Shown here: positions 33,401 through 44,749 of the stretch, one piece after another
Numbering within the stretch: the first letter of the stretch is position 1
How the letters are laid out: the number at the start of each line of letters is the position of its first letter
DNA from: Mytilus californianus
Lineage: Eukaryota
Assembly (NCBI RefSeq): GCF_021869535.1
Contig: NW_026262581.1
Span: forward strand, 82,894,001-82,958,000
Reading direction: 5' to 3'
DNA: 64,000 nucleotides
Position numbers and translations under genes: made by a program
The notes under the pieces: model-generated
Seen by the model: the letters and a program-made list of their open reading frames with translations, nothing else
What the model was told of the DNA's origin: nothing
The model's database searches: none

Positions 33401-35455
33401 AGTATAGACATGGGAATTCAGCAGCAATACATGATCAAACTGTTTACAGAATACAGCAAAATACCCGTGGCCGATTTTCAAATACAAATATAATTTAAAT
33501 TGTCCCGAGTTCTCAGCAATTCATTAAGATAACATCCAGGTTTATGCAAATTAAAGAGTTGAAGTCGTTTGTATATATATAATTTATTATACATATAATC
33601 AAAGTATACGTATTTGTACATTAATCAAAAAAATACAGCCAACTTCCTAATCTTTTTGATTCACTCACTGACATTAAGTTAGAATCTGAAACTTGTTGAA
33701 ACATGTATGAATTTCAGTAGAAATGAGTCTCTATGATAAATATTTTCAAAAAAAATGTTTTAAACTATTTTACGTTTATCAATATAATCAAACTGTTATT
33801 CAGAGCCTCACATTGTTGCTAAAGACATTTTGATAAAGTATTGCCACTTTACATAATATTGTGCATCGAAGGATATCCTTAAATTGTTTCTGAATGACAC
33901 TACATAGCTTACTTACTTCGGATGGAACATTTTTTGTTTAGAATGTCTAAGATAATTATTATGTTTTTCTTATCCATGTTTTGAATAAATAGTTAAAAGC
34001 CAGAATCTATCAAAATGCTTGAATCATCTTTGGCCATTTGATTTTTTGTCAAATTTGGTCACAAGTTCGGGAGCACGTGATATTGTAATTAGAACTTAAA
34101 GGTTCTCACACGAGAGTGATAGCATGCAATAAAAAGAATGTAGGGTTTTAAATCGGCCCTGGTATGAAATACATGCAGGTGAAACTGTTCTTATCTCATT
34201 TATATTCATAGTTCAAAATGTAAACATTCTGTCGTAATAAAAAGTGCTTCACAGTGAAATTGCTTTGCATGAATGTAGGAGAACATTATCAGTTATCCAT
34301 CTTATATAGAATAGTAATTGCACTCGCCAGCTCGCCAGAATGATATTATTCTACCATATGAACTCTATTTACAATAATAAATGCAACATCCTATTATAAG
34401 ACTAGACTAAGAATACGGGAGTTTTATAAGATTTAGGGCCCATTCCCTTTAAATATTTGTGAAAATAAGATTGTTAATACAATGCAAAAGCTAAAAATAT
34501 ACGATTTCATATGCACTTTTACCGAAAAAAAAAATAATATAATTGTTTACCGATGTAATGTTTTCATTGTACACATCTTATTTTTATAAAAGATTGTTTT
34601 TGCTGATATTGTGTTCATTTTTATTGGTTCTCGTGTGTTTAAAGTAATTCAGATTGCCAATAAAACTATGCATTTCTATCAAAACGTTTCAAATAAGTCA
34701 TGTTCGTGTCAAAGTCATGAATATTAAACCCATGGCAAAACTGAAGAACTAAAATTTTATCAATGGTTGTAGCTGAAAAAGAGATTCGTGTACTCAGTAC
34801 ATGCATATTGTATACATATACAGGTGCGAGGAACTTTTCAGAATAGCGGTATTGCATAAAGCTACTTTTCCGAGATTCTGCGATATTTGACCACTATTTT
34901 TACTATTATTTGTGAAAGAATAATTCGAATTCCTTTTCATAGGCAAGTTTGAGCAGTGGATCCAGCATCCATTATCGTTAATAAAAAAACTGTGCAATGA
35001 CATGGCCAATGTGCACAATTTTGCTTGTGGAACCCTCAATGCAGAACAATTTCCGATGACCTATATTTCAAATGAACTATCAAATTAGCATAACAGTATA
35101 AATGTTTACAGAGTCTTCATGAATTGGTTCTGTGGTAGCCTGCTTGAAAATTAATTAATATAAAAGTGCACACAACACATGATTCTGGAACGCATGTAAC
35201 GATAGAAACTAACAGTGGGGAAAACCAGAATGTAAAACACCGCAGAGTCCTGACACGATCGAACACAATCATCTTAGGTCTAATTAGCCTGAGGAATTTG
35301 CAACAAAACTTAGGCACAATTACATAATTTTAGGAACTGAAAATTTACAGACAAAATGTTTCCTGTATTTCATTCCGGATGGTAAACTCGGGGATTGATC
35401 GTAAACCAGTAGCGTTATTGACCTAGCGGCATTAAAATGTGTGATAAGATTTCCA

Positions 35456-35499
35456 TGCGCACAAAACGTGTTTCTGGAGTAACCTCCATCAGGTACGCT
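35456..35499 (-). ncRNA. Degenerate hammerhead ribozyme motif
   Basis: GCGTAC-CTGATGG-AGGTTACTCCA-GAAA-CACGTTTT-GTGCGC; core mutated. Confidence 0.4.
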
Positions 35500-35702
35500 A
35501 CAGAACAAAATTTTAAAGGTAAAAAATATGAAACGTTTGAGAGGACAAACCCCATTCGGCCTTAAAAGTACATATACTAAACCTACAACTTCATAAGTGA
35601 TGTCTACTTCACAAGATAATGTCTTCTGCACCCGAGTTCAACCTATGTTTTGTTGGGGTTCGTGTTGGTCAATCTTTTGCTTTCTGTATAGTGTTTTGTG
35701 AC

Positions 35703-35796
35703 TGCAAGGATTAAGAAATTGATTGATTTAGGTTATATCTTCCAGTGGCAATACTTGAAGATATAACCAAAACCAATTAATTTCTTAATCCTTGCA
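35703..35796. repeat. 94-bp fold-back inverted repeat
   Basis: TGCAAGGATTAAGAAATT / AATTTCTTAATCCTTGCA (18/18) and GGTTATATCTTC / GAAGATATAACC (12/12). Confidence 0.9.
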
Positions 35797-36730
35797 TGTG
35801 TTTCCTCCTCTAAAGAAGGTAATCAGTTCAATTTCTGCATTCATGTTTCATTTTAAAAATGCATATCAGGACGAGAATAGATTGAATATGAACCCTGTTT
35901 TGTGCAAGACCGACACACTGAGCCGGGACATAACGTGCTTGTTAACATGGTAAAAGTTCACAGGAAGATATGTCAGCCTACCGGGCACATTATTCTGACT
36001 TAAATTCTGAAAACAAGTCGAACATTACCATCGTAGATTTTTCATGCTCAATAATAAAAAAAATAATCTAAAAATCAAATAAATGTGTTTTATTATAATA
36101 ATCATAAAAAGTGATGTCAATCCACAAAAATGAAAAAAGATAATAGATAGTATGGTATTGGACTTGCTTTTCAATTGACAGGTAACCAACCAGGGAAAAG
36201 TAGGTCACATCACCATAATTTCATGCTACAATTCTTTAGTCATATCTTAGATACTATGACACATCCAAGCTATCATTGGGATAAATATTTTGCTATAAAT
36301 TGATTTGCTATATTTGGGAATGTCACATTAATAAAATGCATCCGTTATTTTTGTAACATATATATAAATGAAGTTTTATTCCACATTAAATTAATCTTTG
36401 AAAACGTTTTTACCAAACCAGGGAAAAAATCTTAAAAGAAATCACAGCATATAAAATGTATAATAAAATTTGATAGTTAGCGAAATATTACAGTATTTCT
36501 TTATATACCTCTATCGTTTAAATAGAAATAAGTCTGTCCAATATGCGTAAAGATCAACAACTCTTATTACAAAAAGGTTAAGTCAACTAATTTGGTGTTG
36601 TATTTCAAACACATTATAATATTTGATTCTAAACAATAGAGTAGACATTTGAATCAAATTACCATAGAATTATATGTTCAAATCTGAAAGTTAAACACAA
36701 CAAATATAAATTAACATTCTTAGTAACAAT

Positions 36731-38632
36731 ATGGCGCTTTCTAATATAGTGTTGGAAAATTTAACAGATTGTCCTATATGCAATGAAAAATTCAACCTGC
36801 CCAGATTTTTACCGTGTTATCACACATATTGCCAACATTGTTTGAAGGATTATATCGAGTCTGAAATTGAGAAACACGGAAAAAGCTTAAGCAAGATAAA
36901 ATGCGTAGTCTGCCAGAGTGTTTTTCCGCTCATTCCCGACACGGAGCCGGAGAAGTATGTTGCAGAACTCCCAATGGATAACCTAGCTCTAAGCATTATA
37001 AAACGGAAGGAAGTTGGTGATTCAGAAAATATCTGCTATCCGTGTAAACGAATAGACATTACCAGTCCAGCTGTATGCTACTGTTCGAAATGCGTAGAGT
37101 TTCTATGCAAAGATTGTGAAAAATACCACAAAACCAATAAATCGACATCCAACCATTTATTGGTCAGCATAGCAAAGATTGTGAAGGAAACAGATCTGTT
37201 AAAACATGCTCCACCGGTTATCTGTCCAGAACATCGAGAAAGTGAGATGGCGATGTACTGTTTTTCGCACGAAGTTGTCTGCTGTTCATCTTGCGTTTCA
37301 GAGCATCATTCTCAGTGCAAAACGGTTGCAACAGTTGAACATGCAGTTGCTAGATTTAAAGAAAAACGCATGTTCGAGGCGTTTAATAAAAACTTGCAAA
37401 AGTCGAAATTGAAGTATGAAGAAGAGATTAAGAAAGGAACCGAACATCTAGGACAATTAGATCACAGTGCATCTTTTATATGTGCAGAAATTGAAGAAAT
37501 GCGCAAAATGATTAACAAACACTTCGATGACCTCGAGGTCAGTGCTAAGAAGCAGTTAGTAAGCATCAAAAATGAACAGACGGCTGAATTAGAAGATAGA
37601 ATCGATGAATTTAGAATGAGAAGCTTAATGTTGGAAGATAGTGAACAGGTTTTGAAAGCTTTTGTACAAAATGCATCTCCAGGGCTACTTTTATTTGAAA
37701 TGAAGCGATTGAAAAATCAGCACATGGAATGTGAAAAATTTATACATCAATCCAAAACTCTTCTAGCGAAACGGCTGCTCGGTTTTGAACCCGACAAAAA
37801 CGTTGCAGGAATTACGTCAAGTCTAAAACATATGGGTAAAGTTTTTGTCAAGGGTGTTTTTGATGTAACTCGAGACGTACCCAAGAACACAATGACTTTG
37901 AAGACAAAACGGAAGAACGCAAGAATCACAGGAATCTCATCTTTCCCTGATGGACGAATAGTCGTAACTGATGAAAATAACTGTACGCTTACTCTATTTG
38001 ACGGAGAAGGCAAGGAGGTTAATGAACTGGTTCTTCTTGGAAAGCCATGGGATGTGGCAACACTGGACCGACACCGATGTGTCATTACGATGCGAGGCCT
38101 AAACGTTTTACAATATGTCAATGTCAATGACATGACACTTTTACGTCAAATTGCAATCGATGATGGCTGCTGGGGCGTTTCCGTTTACGGTGAAGAATTA
38201 GTTATAGGATTCGACAATAAAGTAGAAATTTTCGATTTCGGTGGAAGATCTGAACATGTCATTCCATGCTTAGGATCAGACTATTATGTAACCATAGACA
38301 ACTTAGGGAGGTTTTACCACAAGCATCATGGGAACACACTTCACTGTCGACATGTCTCTGGAAAATTCGCGTTTAGTTATTATAATGCGGAATTGGTTAA
38401 TCTTACAGGAATTACAATTGACAATGATGGAAATATATACGTTGCTGGGTTTCATTCCAACAATGTTCACCAACTTACACCAGATGGCACCCTAACGCGG
38501 ATCATATTATCCGGCATGGACGGTATATATCAACCCCTTAAACTTCACTTCTCCAAAGATTTCAGCAAACTTCTTGTGGCAAACAATAATGGCTCATCTG
38601 TTGCCGTATACAGCTTCACAAACATATCATGA
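36731..38632 (+). CDS. Intronless TRIM-family E3 ligase (RING, B-box1, B-box2, coiled coil, NHL-like beta-propeller), 633 aa
   Basis: C3HC4 RING CPIC..LPCYHTYCQHC..CVVC; B-boxes CYPC..CSKCVEFLCKDCEKYH..H and CPEH..YCFSHEVVCCSSC..H..C; C-terminal GITIDNDGNIYV..NNVHQLTPDG repeats. Confidence 0.95.
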   Translation: MALSNIVLENLTDCPICNEKFNLPRFLPCYHTYCQHCLKDYIESEIEKHGKSLSKIKCVVCQSVFPLIPDTEPEKYVAELPMDNLALSIIKRKEVGDSENICYPCKRIDITSPAVCYCSKCVEFLCKDCEKYHKTNKSTSNHLLVSIAKIVKETDLLKHAPPVICPEHRESEMAMYCFSHEVVCCSSCVSEHHSQCKTVATVEHAVARFKEKRMFEAFNKNLQKSKLKYEEEIKKGTEHLGQLDHSASFICAEIEEMRKMINKHFDDLEVSAKKQLVSIKNEQTAELEDRIDEFRMRSLMLEDSEQVLKAFVQNASPGLLLFEMKRLKNQHMECEKFIHQSKTLLAKRLLGFEPDKNVAGITSSLKHMGKVFVKGVFDVTRDVPKNTMTLKTKRKNARITGISSFPDGRIVVTDENNCTLTLFDGEGKEVNELVLLGKPWDVATLDRHRCVITMRGLNVLQYVNVNDMTLLRQIAIDDGCWGVSVYGEELVIGFDNKVEIFDFGGRSEHVIPCLGSDYYVTIDNLGRFYHKHHGNTLHCRHVSGKFAFSYYNAELVNLTGITIDNDGNIYVAGFHSNNVHQLTPDGTLTRIILSGMDGIYQPLKLHFSKDFSKLLVANNNGSSVAVYSFTNIS

Positions 38633-39064
38633 TCTTATCGATAAGGTGACTAAGATATAATGAACATCTGTATATATATGCATCGAAAAAAAAATGGCTG
38701 ACATCAAATATGAATCTGCATGTTTATTATTGATCAAATTTCCTTTTACGTGCATACAATGTACCGGAAATCAATGGATTCAAATGTGTGAACAATTCGA
38801 CAAAAATACATAGAATGGTATATACATTTCAAATTTGTTACCCAATCAAATGTTTATATCTAACTATAAAAACGGGGATAGTTTTCGTCTGTCATTGTTA
38901 TAGGCTACAATGTAATATATTTAAAGATCAATTATCTGATCAAATAAAAATAAAAGGAAATTTCACGCTTAGTCATTCGTATAACAATGAATTAAATATT
39001 CATATTTAAAAAGCATTATCCTAACGATATAAATAGTTCATAGTGGACAATTCGACGTAGGAAT

Positions 39065-39790
39065 TATTATTACACCATTACTCGAAAGGAGGGTAAACTT
39101 ATTTAACTCTGTACATTTGTCCGTCCATCACATAAAACATCGCATATTTCTAAAAAAATAAAAAAAATAGATGTTCCCCAAATTCGCTAGAAAGCTTCAT
39201 ATGAGTAAGCTACACAGTGTGGTGTATTTTTTGGCATTCGTCGCTCATCAACTTTCTGTTTACCAAATACCTATTATATATTCCATGTATAATGGCCATG
39301 TATTGAAATTTTTGTCACATTTTTCTTAAAAATGCAAATCAAAGCTTCCTGAAATTTGGTATGAAGCTTCATGTAAGCATGCTACACGTTTACCGTGTAA
39401 TACCGTTTCCCATTAATCGCTAATTTACTAACTGGTTATGGAATACTTATTTGTTCCGACAAAGAAATAGCCATGTATTAAATTTTCGTCACATTTTTCT
39501 TAAAAAGCTACAAATCAGAGTTTTCTGAAATTTGGTATCAAGCTTCATGTGAGCATGGTATACCGTGAAATATGCATTTTCAGATTCATCGTTCAAAACT
39601 TTCTGTTTATGGAATAATGGCCATGCATTTTTCTCCGGAATTACAAATCAAAGCTTTCTGAAATTTGAAATAAAGTGAAGGTTCATGTGAGCATGGTATA
39701 CCGTGTGATGTGTTTTCATATCAATCGCAAACATGCACCAAATATTTATACCAGGGTTTCATTAGTTGGCAATTATTATAGCTAGCAGTG
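39065..39790 (+). mobile_element. HINE-like element with ~4 internal tandem core repeats (~150-180 bp)
   Basis: AAAGCTTCCTGAAATTTGGTATGAAGCTTCATGT-like motif at ~39190, 39340, 39520 and 39650; 5' GTCCGTCCATC microsatellite remnant. Confidence 0.6.
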
Positions 39791-40389
39791 CAACGTGTTT
39801 CTTTTAAACAATACCATCAATTGCGGAAGCGACATGGCCACTTATATAGTAATAATTTTTAAAATCACTATCCAAGAAAAAATTCGAGACTTTAGAAGTG
39901 CTTATTACCAAATCTGTGTTTTACAACATTTTAAAGAGAAAAGTAGCAATTACATATTCATTTTCAAAGAAAAGGGGAAATTTCTAAGTCACATCGTTTC
40001 ACACACACTCCGAGTTGAGCCAAGGTTTAATTCGATATTTCTCTGTGAAGTCACAAACATTGTCGCTCTATGCAAGAAATAAATAAAATGTAAACTATAA
40101 AACGGCAATACATGTACCTAGAAATTCTGTCCAATTCCTTGTTTCTTTGGAACCAAGTCATTGTCAAGTCTGTTCTCTGAGGTAACTTTTCTACCGATGG
40201 TTCCCCTCTCTCTTTTCACCACAAACTATATAGCTTGAGGCATGGAAATGACCATATAAGCTTTGTGCATGTATATACAATACATGTGGTTTAAGTATAC
40301 ATGATTTGTTATATTTTATTCTTTATTTTACTAAAACGAACAGCTATGCTGATCTTGGATTGACAAGTATTTCTTTTTGACGACAGGAC

Positions 40390-40600
40390 TGCATTGATTG
40401 CTTGATTTTGTATGTTTAACGTCCAGTGGTAAGTATTTCTGCAAATTCATGACGAGAATGATTTAAATGATAAATTGGAAAGAAGGAAATAAGTAATACG
40501 TAAACGCACTTGCCACGTGCGGAGTTCGAACTCACAACCTCAGTGTTGACAGGCTAGTGATACAGTACATGAACTACTTAGACAACTCGGTCACCGGCGA
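40390..40600 (-). mobile_element. tRNA-derived SINE, internally deleted
   Basis: A-box-like TGACCGAGTTGTCTAAG, B-box GAGTTCGAACTCC, and shared tail CCACTGGACGTTAAAC..(CAAT). Confidence 0.65.
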
Positions 40601-41489
40601 CTCTAAAAAAAGGAGAAAGCACATAAAAATGACATGCACCATACATTTGTAGGGTATAAGTCAGTGTGACAGCCACTAAACAAGACGCCAAAATATATTC
40701 TTTTTTTTCTAAATTTCGTTATTAAATAATTTTGGATACAACAACTTACTACAAAGTTAACTTCGTCTCCAAGGGATATTCCCCTCACGGAATATGAACG
40801 TTGATTCCACGTGTGTTTTGACATGTTATTTCTTTCATGCGTACGCCTTTTAAAGCAGCACGAGAAAGTACTACTGTTGTGGGGAGCTGTGTGAACTGCA
40901 GTCATTAACTGCTTTCAAAATTAATGGTATGATTTGGTAACAATACCCAAAATTCTTTAAAGTCTCATTCTCAGTTTTTGATACTACTACCTTCCAAAAA
41001 ATCTGAGGTGATGGTGGCTGCATTCGATCTTCCTTTGGGTTTATAAATTGTAACTCAATATCCTTATGTTAATCAATACACACATTTGCAGCTTAATTTG
41101 TGAAATGGTTACTACTTATGTTTTTGGCACAATGTTTTTTTCAGATAACCATTTTAGTTTTGAATAAAGAGCAATGTCTAAAAATAAATCTTTGAAAAAA
41201 ATAATACATTTTAATATAGCGCATTTACAGTGCATGAGTTGTAAACTTTGTTATATTGAAAATTGAAAAAAAAAATGTTATAATATTTTTGTTATCACTG
41301 TAAGACTAAAGTTACAAGTCGGCAAGCAGAGATTCTCACAGAAATGTCTATTGTCTGTGAAAAACATGTCATCAGCACGTAATAGATATATCATTAATAA
41401 AACAATCCAGCATCTAGATGATGTCGGTTACAGTGATTTCTTTAAACAAGATACATGTATACGTATATACCATGGCATTTTTGATTGAT

Positions 41490-41625
41490 AATGATGATGA
41501 CGATGATGATGATGGAAAAGCAGCAAATGCCAATTTTCAAGTCTTTAGTTTGAACCGACCGGGGATCGAACCCACGACCTCCCAACCACTCGAGGCGAGG
41601 ACGCTACCAACCACAGAGGCGATCT
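41490..41625 (-). mobile_element. tRNA-head + Meta-domain SINE fragment with (ATC)n tail
   Basis: B-box GGTTCGATCCCC followed by AAACTAAAGACTTGAAAATTGGCATTTGCTGCTTTTCC. Confidence 0.65.
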
Positions 41626-42689
41626 CATGAAACAAAGTTTGATAAATTCTGTTGTGGCAAAATTTGTACCATTATGAAATGCATACAGCCTTTAATCTCT
41701 TTTTTTGTATGAGAGACATAAAAAAACAATGAATGCATCGTCTAAAACATTTCTTCATTTAAAAATAGATCTGTTTCGATTGTCTTTTAATACCGGAAAG
41801 CCTTCCTTTGTTGAAACATAAAGTTTTTCTTACTATAATACTCTCACTTTTGAAATGTGGAAGGCATAAATCACCTTATAAATCATAAGTATAACTCCTT
41901 TTCAAAGTTATCCAAAGATGCTCAAATTCATGTCAGTGATTTTCAAATTGGCTCATCGAGAGATTGATCTTCAGAAAAAAATATAAATCATTTTTGTTGA
42001 AGTCAATCTTCTAACATACTATACACATACTCGTCTTTATATTAGAAAGCATACCCTCATATGTTCAGAAAGTATACTTTTATTGTGTTTAATTTAAAAT
42101 CCGATATAGGTAATAAGATTACATCATGTAGAACATCTATACACATGATAGCAACAGAAAAATTTAGGAAGCACAACCTAAGTTTATATATCCTTTAAAG
42201 TGTGTCTCAAAATATAAGGGATAAACATTTTCGAACTTTGAAATACCTTCAATTCTTATCAAAAATATTCAGTTGTTTTCGATTAGGGTCAATATATATT
42301 TACGTCTAAAAGTGACTCAAATGATTAAGTCCTCCTTGGTGTATGTTACAATACTTCCTTGTGTGATTTTTATCATTATGTGATAGTACAGTATTTATTG
42401 AGTATCCTTCATCCAAGGTAAGTAAATAATAGTACATATTTAGCATCTTAAGTTTAATCAAACTAATACTCTGCCATTTTACTAAATCAAATGTTCCAAA
42501 TTTTTGATATTTGGAAACTGTAGTATTTCGGTAGTACAGATTTCTTCCTTATAACACTATAAAGAGAACCTTGTAATAAATTTACTATGAACCGTCTATA
42601 CATGTAGCTGTCTACTTGGTCTGTTGTTCAGGTTATATAATTATTTATCATACACTTAGAGTAAATCACTTATAATTTTTACAGTATGA

Positions 42690-43425
42690 TAATGGCACTA
42701 CATTTACGCGAATTCCATGTTTTTCGAAATAGTGTTTAGCGGGCTGATATGAAAAATTTATCACATGCTTCCGACTATTATCACACGTTATCGCATGGCG
42801 TTCCGGCGTTACTCGGCAAATTCCGAAAAATACACCTGAATGGTACGTTTTCAGTGAAAAACATTACAAAGTAGGGTACAAAACAATTAAAAGGAAACAG
42901 GAAATATATTATGTTAAATGCAAAATGCAAAATGCAAAAAAAAAAAAAAAAATGATACACTACAATAAATGCATTTTTTCAAAGTTTCCAGCATAATTTA
43001 GAAAGTTACTTTACAAATGTTGACTTTTACAAACAGTGTTCATTATGTTTTGTTGATTATTTTTTTTTTCATCGTCAATATAAAAATATAGTATACTGTT
43101 GTTTTTCTCCTCTGTTGAGCCGTATGATAGAAAGATTTCATATCGGATGTATTACATTTGGTGTCCGACGTCCGTAAACTTTTCATTTTTTGAACTTCTA
43201 CTTGAGAACCACTTAAAAGGATTAATATATTAAACTGTTATTTTTTCTTCATTGTTGAAGCATACATGTATGATAAAAATATCATAACATGTCATTTTTC
43301 ATATCAGATGTATTATCAGCCCTCGGTCAATATCAGCCCTCGAGCCTTCGGCTCTTGGGCTGATATTGAACCTTGGGCTGATAATACATCTGATATGAAA
43401 AATTCCATGTAATAATCTGATAATA
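42690..43425. mobile_element. Non-autonomous hairpin-bearing element (Crypton-N-like)
   Basis: 108-bp palindrome 43295-43402 with 28-bp perfect outer arms and a GAGCC-TTCG-GCTC loop. Arm copy GGGCTGATATGAAAAA at ~42740. Confidence 0.55.
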
Positions 43426-44749
43426 TAAGTTAAATATTACCGGTTGATATATCACTGAGGCTGGTGGTGGTCTTAGGACATTTATGTAATTAATACCATT
43501 TCATACATACAGATATGGAAGTGTCAAATATATTGAACGATCGTATATTTTCAACCAATTAATATGGCCAGGGATTCCGGGTTTTGTTCTATTTTTACGA
43601 TGACATCTTATATAGTAAGTACATTAATCGTCTATTTTCTGTACATATAAATCCCAAAGTAGTACACAACATATCTATTTGTATGACTTTTTATCATTTT
43701 GTTATTTGTTCTGGTTGGACGTGCTTCATTCGATGTGATACTATGTTATGCATGTTACTTATGTTGCTACTTGTGGAGAAGGATAAGCTTATCCTTCTGG
43801 AGCACCTGACATCACCACGACTTTTGATTGAGTTTGTGTTGCTCAGCCATTTGTTTTCTATGTTGTGCTTTATAGACATGTGTTTGTCTTTTCTTCGTTC
43901 TTCGTATTTTCCGTTGCGTTGTTAGTTTATCTCCGATGTATGAGTTTGTATATCTCCTTGTTATCTTCTTTTCCCTATTTACAACACGTAAAGTTGTTTT
44001 GCAAGTACCAACTGTGATTAAATGTTTAACATACACATGATGACTTACTTCTGGGTTTTTTTAACGACCTTGACTGACGATAAAGCCCTCGCACGGTCGG
44101 ATGAAAAGCATTATTGGTAATATTATACCACATGATTGATTGTAACCGATATGATATTGTTAAGTGTTCATCTGTACTATTTTTAAGGTTCTTCCACATA
44201 CCTATCTGTCATTCCGATCCGCTAAACTACAGTATGTTGACAAAAGTAATAATTTTCCTTTTTTAAATTTTTCCTAGTTTATTTTTTTCAAATCAATAAG
44301 TTTTCAAACAATACCTTTAGCTCATTACTAAAATACTCAAATTATTTTCAGTTTCGTATGATTACTGTCAAACAGTTTTTGAACTTTAAAATTTTACCTA
44401 GGTCGAACAAAACATTTATTAGGAAGTGAAACGAATGCATCATTCTTTCAATTCTTAACGGGGAAAAATAAAAGTATTAATATACTTTTTTTTCTAAAAT
44501 TGTAATCTCTTTAAAAGTAGACCGTATAAAAAGTTTAATAACAAGGAAATGCATTTTCAAAAACGTAAAACTATGGATTTCTCGTGGGAATATTATTAAT
44601 GTATCTGTGGAGGTATTTAAATTGTCGGTTATAAAATCTGATAATCCTTATAAATCAATACGAAATGTTAACAAAATATTAAAGTAAACGTAGATTTTAA
44701 AAAGACAAGTAATTGTTTAAATACAATGGTTATTTCGCATAATTGACTT

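Noticed and set aside
37747-38133. 128-aa antisense ORF (and 37206-37412, 46068-46412, 10706-10894)
   Set aside because: Shadow ORFs of real coding sequence.
40510-41625. tRNA genes
   Set aside because: Only A/B-box heads attached to SINE bodies; no complete cloverleaf.
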